Assembly: GCA_028713935.1 (NCBI GenBank)
Contig: JAQTNI010000045.1
Location: forward strand, 1 to 9,554
DNA: 9,554 bases
Reading direction: 5' to 3'
Origin: Candidatus Iainarchaeum sp.
GTDB lineage: Archaea; Iainarchaeota; Iainarchaeia; Iainarchaeales; GCA-2688035
Shown: positions 1 to 6,128 of the stretch, piece by piece
Position numbering within the stretch: position 1 is the first letter of the stretch
Layout of the letters: each line of letters starts with the position of its first letter
Position numbers and translations under genes: made by a program
Notes under the pieces: generated by a model
Database searches by the model: none
The model's input: the letters and a program-made list of their open reading frames with translations, nothing else
What the model was told of the DNA's origin: nothing

Positions 1-362
1 ACTTGTTTTTCCACAGGCACCCTTACATCCGGCGTGAAAAAGAAGTAAAGTGTTTTTCCGTCTGGCATTATGAAAGCAGAGTCCTCTGCACCCGCAGTGC
101 TTATTGGATAAGGCAATGTAACAGGGTCTGAGTATTCCGGAGAAATGGATTTTGGCGGAGCAGAATCTGTTTCAGGGGCCATTTTTACTGCATCGCTTGG
201 AATCTTGCTTTCGCGGTCAATTGCAATTGGAGGCGCATCATTTTCGTTTGCCGGCTTTGTTGCAGGTACATTATCTGGTTGAGCCGCATTGTTCTGGGCG
301 CAGCCCATGAATAGGATTAAAATTGCAACAATTCCAATTGCCAAAAAAAAATTGCTTTTCAT
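1..362 (-). CDS. 5' part of a gene for a secreted, probably lipid-anchored (lipobox-like) protein; open to the left window edge
   Basis: Absent from the ORF track because it has no stop in the window. My translation of the minus strand from the ATG at 362..360 stays open for about 120 codons to base 1: MKSNFFLAIGIVAILILFMGCAQNNAAQPDNVPATKPANENDAPPIAIDRESKIPSDAVKMAPETDSAPPKSISPEYSDPVTLPYPISTAGAEDSAFIMPDGKTLYFFFTPDVRVPVEKQ... It has a basic N-terminus, a hydrophobic core and ...FMGC, which reads as a signal peptide with a lipobox-like Cys, followed by a Pro/Ala/Asp-rich linker. DSAFIMPDGKTLYF resembles a PD40/TolB-type beta-propeller repeat. A GGGG SD-like motif (complement of 369..372) lies 6 nt upstream of the ATG. 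Confidence 0.6.
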   Translation of the reverse strand, partial: MKSNFFLAIGIVAILILFMGCAQNNAAQPDNVPATKPANENDAPPIAIDRESKIPSDAVKMAPETDSAPPKSISPEYSDPVTLPYPISTAGAEDSAFIMPDGKTLYFFFTPDVRVPVEKQ

Positions 363-417
363 TTATTTCCCCAATTTTATATAACTTTTTTAATAAGCTC
401 GTTATAAATATAATCGT
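363..417. promoter_or_regulatory. Divergent promoter spacer between the lipobox-protein gene and the HIT gene, with TATA-like A/T boxes
   Basis: This 55-bp, very AT-rich spacer separates divergent starts at 362 (-) and 418 (+). It contains TTTTATATAA (374..383) and TTATAAATATAA (402..413), which resemble archaeal TATA boxes (TTTAWATA-like). Assigning a box to each gene is a guess. Confidence 0.3.
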
Positions 418-840
418 ATGCCGGACAGTTGTGTTTTTTGCAGGGTTGTGAAAGGAGAAATTCCAAGCGCAAGGATTTTTGAAAGCAATTCCGTAATTGC
501 TTTTCTGGATATTGCGCCTGCTGCAAGAGGCCATGCACTTGTTATTCCAAAAAAGCATTTTGAAACAATTTCAGATGTGCCTGAAAGAGACCTGCGCGAA
601 ATGATTGTTGCAGTAAAAAATGTTGCAAGTGCAGTTGTTGATGCCGCGGAAGCAGATGGCTTTAACATTATCCAGTCAAACAAGCAGGTTGCAGGCCAGG
701 TTATTCCCCATGTGCATTTTCACATTATTCCAAGAAAAGAAGGCGATGACCTGAGCTTTGAATGGGAACATATTGAATTGGACAAGGAAGAATTGGAAGC
801 CTTGATGAAAAAAGTTAAAAGCAAAATCCGCAAAAAATAA
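418..840 (+). CDS. HIT-family (histidine triad) nucleotide hydrolase/transferase, Hint-like
   Basis: 140-aa ORF with an ATG start. It has the diagnostic histidine triad HVHFHIIPR near the C-terminus and the typical N-terminal CVFC..(G)EIP....E....AFLDI.P...GH.LVIPK core. Confidence 0.9.
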   Translation: MPDSCVFCRVVKGEIPSARIFESNSVIAFLDIAPAARGHALVIPKKHFETISDVPERDLREMIVAVKNVASAVVDAAEADGFNIIQSNKQVAGQVIPHVHFHIIPRKEGDDLSFEWEHIELDKEELEALMKKVKSKIRKK

Positions 841-848
841 TTTTTTTT
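841..848 (+). terminator. Oligo-T tract (T8) directly after the HIT stop codon; candidate archaeal intrinsic terminator
   Basis: The TAA stop at 838..840 is followed directly by TTTTTTTT (841..848). Archaeal RNA polymerase terminates at oligo-T runs. The tract overlaps the stop codon of the convergent metG (847..849). Confidence 0.35.
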
Positions 849-2313
849 ATTCCGCCTTTTTGAACAAAATTTCGCCTTTTTTTGTTTGCGTGCCCGGTTT
901 CAGCAGATTGAATTTGCATTCTTTCAGCAGGCCTGGTTTCAATCCGAATTGTTCATTGATTTTTTTGCTTGTTTCAGGCATGAATGCGGAAAGCAATATT
1001 GAAATTATTCTTATTGAATCAGTCAGGGAATAAAGAACTTCTTCAAGCTCCCTGCCTTTCAGTTTCCAGGGCGCCTTGTCGTTGATGAACTTGTTGCATG
1101 CTGAAATAAAAGCAAAAATTTCTGAAAGCGCTGCGTGCAATTCAAGGTTTTCCATTTGAGCTTCGATTTTTTCTAGGTTAAGGCTTTTTTCAAGGGAAGG
1201 GGAGGTTTTTGCCTTTGGAATTTTTCCATTGCAGTATTTTTCAAGCATTACAATTGTCCTGTTGGCAAGGTTTCCAAGCTCGTTTGCAAGCTCGTTGTTG
1301 TTCCTTGTTTTTAAAGATGCTTCTGAAAAATCCCCGTCCTGCCCGAAAGGAATTTCGCGCATCAGCAGGTATCTCAATACGTCGGCTGAATACTGTTTGC
1401 ACAAATACTCTGGGTTGATTACATTTCCCTGGCTTTTTGACATTTTCTGGCCATTGACAGTCAGCCAGCCATGTGCAAAAACTTTTTTCGGGAGCTGCAG
1501 GCCTGCGCTCAAAAGCATTGCAGGCCATATCACGCAGTGAAACCAAGAGATCTCTTTTCCTATAATGTGCAAATCAGCAGGCCAAAAATCTTTTTTCCCT
1601 GTTTTTGCGCCTGAAACATAATTCAGGAGCGCATCAAACCAGACATAAATGGTCTGGTTTTTGTCAAAAGGGCATTCAATGCCCCAGGCAACATTTGTTT
1701 TCGGCCTTGAAACGCTTAAGTCCTGCAGGCCATTTTGCTTTATCCTGTTTATGATTTCGCTGACTCTTTCGCTTGGCTCAAAAAATCCGTTTTCAAGCAG
1801 GTTCAAAACCTGTTTTTCGTATTTGCCAAGCCTGAAAAAATAATTTTCTTCCTCCAAAATCTGGGGTTCTGTGTGGTGAATTGGGCATTTTCCTTCAACA
1901 AGGTCTTTTTCAGTCAAAAAGCTTTCGCAGCCTACACAGTACAGCCCTGAATAAGTGCCTTTGTAAATGTCCCTCTTGTTAAAAATTTTTTGGAAAATTT
2001 CTTTTGCAATTTTTTCATGGTCCTTGTCAGTTGTCCTGATAAAGCGGGAATGTGCAAGATTCAGGGTTTTTGCAATTTCAATGAATTTTTTGACTTGTTC
2101 GTCAACAAATTCTTTCGGTTCTTTGCCTGCTTTTTTTGCGGCTGCGGCTATTTTTGCGCCATGCTCGTCGGAGCCGGTCAAAAAAAAGACTTCTTCTTCA
2201 AGCAGCCTGTGCCATCTTGCAATTGTATCTGCGCAGATTTGTTCGTATGCAAACCCAATATGGGGATCTGAATTCGGATAAACAATTGCAGTTGTAATAT
2301 AAAATGTTTTCAA
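847..2313 (-). CDS. metG: Methionyl-tRNA synthetase, short form without a C-terminal tRNA-binding appendix
   Basis: 488 aa. The N-terminus FYITTAIVYPNSDPHIGFAYE carries the class-I HIGH region (here HIGF), followed by FFLTGSDEHGAKI, the zinc knuckle CVGC...CPIHH, an intact KMSKS loop (QKMSKSQGN) and an anticodon-binding helical C-domain. The start is TTG at 2313..2311, preceded by AGGTG (complement of 2319..2323) with a 5-nt spacer. Confidence 0.93.
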   Translation of the reverse strand: MKTFYITTAIVYPNSDPHIGFAYEQICADTIARWHRLLEEEVFFLTGSDEHGAKIAAAAKKAGKEPKEFVDEQVKKFIEIAKTLNLAHSRFIRTTDKDHEKIAKEIFQKIFNKRDIYKGTYSGLYCVGCESFLTEKDLVEGKCPIHHTEPQILEEENYFFRLGKYEKQVLNLLENGFFEPSERVSEIINRIKQNGLQDLSVSRPKTNVAWGIECPFDKNQTIYVWFDALLNYVSGAKTGKKDFWPADLHIIGKEISWFHCVIWPAMLLSAGLQLPKKVFAHGWLTVNGQKMSKSQGNVINPEYLCKQYSADVLRYLLMREIPFGQDGDFSEASLKTRNNNELANELGNLANRTIVMLEKYCNGKIPKAKTSPSLEKSLNLEKIEAQMENLELHAALSEIFAFISACNKFINDKAPWKLKGRELEEVLYSLTDSIRIISILLSAFMPETSKKINEQFGLKPGLLKECKFNLLKPGTQTKKGEILFKKAE

Positions 2314-2500
2314 AAAAACACCTTTGGAACTGGTTAAAAACTATACAAAAGAATCTTATTTAAAACAATTTATAATTAAAATTTACCCAGCAAGCCCTAC
2401 TTCCGCTAAAAATTCGGATTCCAATCCCCGCGGAATTTTCATTGGTTTGCTTTCTTAAGTGGGTTGTTATAATAAATTCAAGGGCATTATATTTACTGCC

Positions 2501-2526
2501 TTTTCTTTTCTTGGAAGAAAAGAAAA
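2501..2526. repeat. Perfect 12-bp-arm palindrome TTTTCTTTTCTT-GG-AAGAAAAGAAAA
   Basis: Read directly: 2501..2512 is the exact reverse complement of 2515..2526, with a 2-nt spacer. It lies in the metG-mcm spacer. Confidence 0.8.
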
Positions 2527-2534
2527 TGCAAGTG

Positions 2535-2588
2535 TGCCAAAAGAAAAGAACCTGAATTGTTGATAAACAGGTTGGGTTTCTTTTGGCG
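2535..2588. repeat. Long imperfect inverted repeat or hairpin sharing the AAGAAAAGAA core with the preceding palindrome
   Basis: The left arm CCAAAAGAAA-AG-AACCTG (2537..2554) pairs with the right arm CAGGTT-GGG-TTTCTTTTGG (2568..2586), giving 10 + 6 bp around a 2x3 internal loop and a 13-nt apical loop (2555..2567). G2536-C2587 extends the stem by one pair. Confidence 0.75.
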
Positions 2589-2699
2589 ATTGAAATTTCT
2601 CCCAACTTTTTCTAGGCTTTTGGCAAGGCAAGCGAATAGCGGAAGCGTGCCTTGGCATTGCTTAAAAACACAAAAGAACAATTTTTTTATGGGATTGGC

Positions 2700-4817
2700 A
2701 TGGCTGAAGAAACTTCTTTAATTGAAAAATCCGCGAACCCTTTTGTGCCAAGGTTTGCGGCTTTTTTTGAAACGCTCTGCAAAAAGGAAATTGAAAGGCT
2801 TGTTTCTGTTTATCCTGAAAAAAGAAGCCTGAACATTAATTTCAAGGAGCTTGAAAAATTTGATTTTGAACTTGCCGACCAGCTTATTGACGAGCCGGAT
2901 TATCTTATGGAAGCGGCTTCTGAAGCAATACAGGGCATTGACATTCCTGCGCTTGAAATAGAAGAATTCAAGCCAAGCATGCGGTTTTACAACCTGCCAA
3001 AAGACAGGCAGCCCCTGATACGTGAAATCAGTTCTTCCCATCTTGGAAAATTAATTTCCATTGAAGGGGTTGTGAGGCAGATAACTGAAGTAATGCCAAA
3101 GCTCACTCTTGCAGTCTGGGAATGCAGGCGCTGCGGAAACAATTACAGGATTCTGCAGGATTCCCAACAGCTCAAGCAGCCAAGCATCTGCGAATGCAAG
3201 CACCGCGATTTCAAGCTAGTGGAAGAAAAAAGCAAGTTTTCAGATTACCAAAAAATTGAAATACAGGAACCGCTTGAAAAGCTCAAGGGAAGCGAACAGG
3301 CAGCAACTGTCCCGATTTATGTTGCGGATGACCTTGTGAATAAAATCACTGCAGGGGACAAAACAATGTTTGTCGGAATCTTAAGGATTGGTCTGCCCAG
3401 CAAAACCCAAAAAAATGTTTACGGAAGGTTTTTGGAGGCAAGTTATCTGGAAGAAACAGCAAAAGAATTTGAAGAAGTTGAAGTCAGCCCGGAAGAAGAA
3501 GAGCAGATTAAAAAGCTTTCAAAGAACCCGCGGATTTATGACATGCTGATTAATTCTGTTGCGCCCTCAATTTATGGGCATGAAATTGTAAAAGAATCAA
3601 TTATCCTGCAATTGTTTGGAGGAGTAAAAAAAATTTTGCCAAACAACCAGACAATAAGGGGAAACATCCATGTCTTGCTTGTCGGAGACCCTTCTGTCGG
3701 AAAAAGCCAGATTCTCCAGGCAACCGACAAAATTGCCCCAAAAAGCATTTATTTTGCGGGAAAAACAGCTTCAGGAGTTGGAATAACTGCAAGCGCAGTA
3801 AAAGACGATTTTGGAGAAGGCGGCTGGACATTAAAGGCAGGCGCACTTGTACTGGCAAGTGGCGGAGTCTGCATGGCAGATGAGTTAGACAAAATGGATC
3901 CCGATGACAGGTCTGCATTGCACGAGGCAATGGAACAGGGAATGATTTCTGTTGCAAAAGCAGGCATAGTAACGCGCTTCAAGGCAGACACAAGCATTCT
4001 GGCAGCAGCAAATCCAAAGCTAGGCAGGTTTGACAAGTACACTCCCTTTATTGAACAGGTGAATCTTCCTCCCACACTCATAAGCAGGTTTGACTTGTTT
4101 TTCATGATACGTGATATTCTTGACAGGACAAAAGACGAGGCAATGTCAAACCATATTCTTAAAACCCACAAGGCAGGGGAAACAATTGCCCAATACAAAT
4201 ACAGCGGAAAAACAATTGACAAAAAAGAAGCAAAGGAAATTGAAAAAATTGCTGCTCCTGAAATTTCCCCGCAAATTGTCACAAAATACCTTGCCTATGC
4301 AAGGCAAAAAGTTTTTCCAATAATGTCACAGGAAGCAATTGAAACAATCTCCACTTTTTATGTTAATCTCAGGGAACAGGGAAAAAACGAGGGAGGGGGA
4401 TATTCCGCAACACACAGGCAATTGGAAGGGCTAGTAAGGCTGTCAGAAGCAAGCGCACGCATAAGGCTGAGCAATGAAGTCATAAGGGAAGACGCTGACA
4501 GGGCAATCCGCCTCTTAAAAGCCTCTCTTGAAGATGTTGTAAAAGACCCTGAAACAGGAAAAATTGATTTTGACATCATTACAATGGGAGCAACCCACAC
4601 TCAACTGACAAACATGAAAGTAATTCTTAACCTTGTAAAGCAAAGGTCAAAAGACTCTGAAAACCAGATGGCTTCACTGCAGGACATAATTGAAGAGGCA
4701 AAAACACAGGGCCTTGATGAGGACAAAACAAGGGACCTAATCAAAAAATTGGAAGACAAAGGCGAAATTTACAGGCCAAAATACAATTTCCTCAAGCCAA
4801 CGCAAAAAGAAAAATAA
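2700..4817 (+). CDS. mcm: MCM replicative helicase (minichromosome maintenance protein, AAA+)
   Basis: The N-terminal OB/zinc domain carries CRRCGNNY...ICECKH. AAA+ core motifs are Walker A GDPSVGKSQ, Walker B CMADELDKM, HEAMEQGMISVAKAGI, sensor-1 ILAAANP, arginine finger SRFDLFF and sensor-2 THRQLEGLVRLSEASAR. The C-terminal end looks like a winged helix. The length is normal, so there is no intein. I prefer the ATG at 2700 (MAEETSLIEK...) to the TTG at 2652 used by the ORF track, which adds 16 residues lying over the putative promoter. Confidence 0.93.
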   Translation: MAEETSLIEKSANPFVPRFAAFFETLCKKEIERLVSVYPEKRSLNINFKELEKFDFELADQLIDEPDYLMEAASEAIQGIDIPALEIEEFKPSMRFYNLPKDRQPLIREISSSHLGKLISIEGVVRQITEVMPKLTLAVWECRRCGNNYRILQDSQQLKQPSICECKHRDFKLVEEKSKFSDYQKIEIQEPLEKLKGSEQAATVPIYVADDLVNKITAGDKTMFVGILRIGLPSKTQKNVYGRFLEASYLEETAKEFEEVEVSPEEEEQIKKLSKNPRIYDMLINSVAPSIYGHEIVKESIILQLFGGVKKILPNNQTIRGNIHVLLVGDPSVGKSQILQATDKIAPKSIYFAGKTASGVGITASAVKDDFGEGGWTLKAGALVLASGGVCMADELDKMDPDDRSALHEAMEQGMISVAKAGIVTRFKADTSILAAANPKLGRFDKYTPFIEQVNLPPTLISRFDLFFMIRDILDRTKDEAMSNHILKTHKAGETIAQYKYSGKTIDKKEAKEIEKIAAPEISPQIVTKYLAYARQKVFPIMSQEAIETISTFYVNLREQGKNEGGGYSATHRQLEGLVRLSEASARIRLSNEVIREDADRAIRLLKASLEDVVKDPETGKIDFDIITMGATHTQLTNMKVILNLVKQRSKDSENQMASLQDIIEEAKTQGLDEDKTRDLIKKLEDKGEIYRPKYNFLKPTQKEK

Positions 4818-4840
4818 ACCAGTTTTAGATTGATTATTAA

Positions 4841-4847
4841 TTTTTTT
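4841..4847 (+). terminator. Oligo-T tract (T7) downstream of mcm; candidate terminator within an A/T box that could also act as a TATA element for the next gene
   Basis: The mcm stop is at 4815..4817. TTATTAATTTTTTT occupies 4834..4847 and the next ATG is at 4864. The roughly 25-nt spacing from the A/T box to that ATG would suit a leaderless transcript. This is inference only. Confidence 0.3.
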
Positions 4848-4863
4848 CCAGCTCTTTTTACTT

Positions 4864-6090
4864 ATGAACATTGTTTTGTTATCTGACTTTCACCTTGGAT
4901 TTGGAAAAGGCACTGAAAGATTTGAAGAATCCTTCCAGAACGCCAAAAGCGCTATTGAGCTTGCAATTGCCCAGAAGCCGGACTGCATTCTCCTGCTTGG
5001 GGATGTTTTTGATTCCGAAATTCCCTCGCAGGAAACCTGGCACAATGCCTTCAAGGTATTTTCCTCCCTAAAAAAAACCCACTCCGGCTGCAAAGTCACG
5101 CGCCTGAAAGGCGAAAAAAAAGAACCAATTGACTGCGAAAACATTCCACTTATTGCGATTCATGGCACCCACGAATACAGGGGAAAAGATTTTCGGAATG
5201 CAGTTGAAGTCCTTGAAAGCGCAGGCTTTCTTGTTCATTTGCATGCCGCAGTTGCATTGATTGAAAAAGGCAATGAAATCGTTGCAGTGCATGGTTTGGG
5301 TGGAATTCCTGAAAAATTTGCAAGGGAAGCGCTTGAACAATGGAACCCATTGCCTCTTGAAGGCGCTTCAAACATACTGCTATTGCACCAGAGCATAAAA
5401 GAATTCCTGCCTTTTGACGATGAAATGATTGCAAGCATTTCGCTTTCCGATTTGCCAAAAGGCTTTGGCCTTATTGCAAACGGCCATCTGCACTGGAGCG
5501 GAATTGAAAAACTGCAAAACGGAAAATTTCTTCTTACGGGCTCCACAATAATAACGCAAATGAAAAAACTTGAGTCAAAAAACAGGAAAAGCATAAGCGT
5601 TTTTGATTCAAAAACAGGGGAAATTGTTTTCCTGGAACTGCCTTTCCAGAGAAAAATGTTTTATGAAAAAATAGAATTCAAAAACGCTTCTTCGCAGGAA
5701 ATAACTGAAAAGCTCCGGAACACGCTTTCAGAATTCCTTGCCGAAACAAGCGCAATGAAGCCGCTTGTGCGCCTGAAATTATGCGGAACTCTTGCAAAAG
5801 GCCTTTCAAATTCAGACATCTGCCTTTCAGAAACAGAAAAAAATTTTTCCAGCAAGGCAATTTTGTCAATTTCAAAGGAATTTGATTCCGAATCCTTCAA
5901 AACAAAAATTTCGCAGCTGCGCGAAATGCAGAAAACCAAAAAATCTATTTCAGAAATCGGCCTTGAATTGCTTGAAAAAAACCTTGAAGAAGCCGGCTTT
6001 GGAAAAACAATCAATGCAAGGCAATTGTTTGAACTGCTTTCACAGGGCGAAACAGAAAAAGCCCTTGCACTGCTTGAGCAGAACGCCTAA
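4864..6090 (+). CDS. Mre11/SbcD-family calcineurin-like metallophosphoesterase (DNA repair nuclease-like)
   Basis: 408 aa. The phosphoesterase motifs appear in Mre11 order: I LLSDFHLG, II LLLGDVFD, III IAIHGTHE (canonical GNH[DE], here GTHE), IV LLLHQ, V ANGHLHW. The N-terminal roughly 110 aa aligns by eye with archaeal Mre11 (DIHLG...AGDLFH...EGNHD), followed by a capping-like region and a helical C-terminus. No rad50, herA or nurA gene is adjacent. Confidence 0.7.
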   Translation: MNIVLLSDFHLGFGKGTERFEESFQNAKSAIELAIAQKPDCILLLGDVFDSEIPSQETWHNAFKVFSSLKKTHSGCKVTRLKGEKKEPIDCENIPLIAIHGTHEYRGKDFRNAVEVLESAGFLVHLHAAVALIEKGNEIVAVHGLGGIPEKFAREALEQWNPLPLEGASNILLLHQSIKEFLPFDDEMIASISLSDLPKGFGLIANGHLHWSGIEKLQNGKFLLTGSTIITQMKKLESKNRKSISVFDSKTGEIVFLELPFQRKMFYEKIEFKNASSQEITEKLRNTLSEFLAETSAMKPLVRLKLCGTLAKGLSNSDICLSETEKNFSSKAILSISKEFDSESFKTKISQLREMQKTKKSISEIGLELLEKNLEEAGFGKTINARQLFELLSQGETEKALALLEQNA

Positions 6091-6095
6091 TCCTT

Positions 6096-6128
6096 GGCAG
6101 CAATAAGTTGCCGAATAAATAAGCGGCA
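6096..6128. terminator. Two overlapping short hairpins in the convergent mre11-like/top6A spacer
   Basis: GGCAGC (6096..6101) pairs with GTTGCC (6107..6112) as a 6-bp stem with one G-T/U pair and loop AATAA. TGCCG (6109..6113) pairs with CGGCA (6124..6128). There is no long T-run, so a terminator role is weakly supported. Confidence 0.2.

Noticed and set aside
271-683. Minus-strand ORFs 271..558 (95 aa) and 402..683 (93 aa) from the track
   Set aside because: One overlaps the well-supported HIT gene in antisense. The other spans the divergent promoter and sits in a different frame from the real edge ORF (ATG at 362). Neither shows recognisable motifs or plausible composition.
1209-2281. Plus-strand ORFs antisense to metG (1209..1418, 1229..1540, 1649..1843, 1735..1950, 1967..2281, 1990..2271) and minus-strand 1241..1546
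   Set aside because: All lie inside the MetRS gene, which has diagnostic motifs along its whole length. Their products are Phe/Ser/Cys-rich, as expected from reading an A-rich coding strand in antisense or out of frame.
2411-2434. tRNA T-arm-like string CGGATTCCAATCCCCGCGG, considered as a possible tRNA or split-tRNA half
   Set aside because: No 5-bp stem / 7-nt loop / 5-bp stem register can be formed, there is no D-arm or anticodon arm, and the enclosing 61-nt hairpin is too short for a tRNA.
2537-2600. Possible C/D-box or H/ACA guide RNA (CTGA at 2552, TGATAA at 2561, a hairpin followed by A-rich sequence)
   Set aside because: There is no RUGAUGA C box and no terminal CUGA D box at the right spacing on either strand. 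The 2x3 internal loop is too small for a pseudouridylation pocket and no ACA box follows the stem.
2360-2681. Three overlapping minus-strand ORFs (81, 63 and 62 aa) in the metG-mcm spacer, and a 9-codon + strand ORF starting at the ATG at 2526
   Set aside because: They have no SD-like motif, mutually overlapping frames and odd composition, and they are largely made up of the palindromic repeats. The region is better explained as non-coding. A real micro-protein cannot be excluded without ribosome profiling or conservation data.
2652-2699. TTG at 2652 as the mcm start, as in the ORF track
   Set aside because: It adds 16 non-conserved-looking residues (MALLKNTKEQFFYGIG) that overlap the TATA-like box at 2662..2668. 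The ATG at 2700 gives a normal MCM N-terminus. Confidence in this choice is only moderate.
3601-4600. Antisense ORFs within mcm (3601..3957, 3749..4282 at 177 aa, 4358..4600) and the + strand 4111..4323
   Set aside because: They are embedded in the strongly supported MCM AAA+ core and have no motifs. Their length follows from stop-codon depletion on the antisense of a purine-rich coding strand.
2700-4817. Intein or other insertion in MCM
   Set aside because: At about 705 aa the length is standard, and the Walker A, Walker B, sensor and arginine-finger motifs are contiguous at normal spacing.
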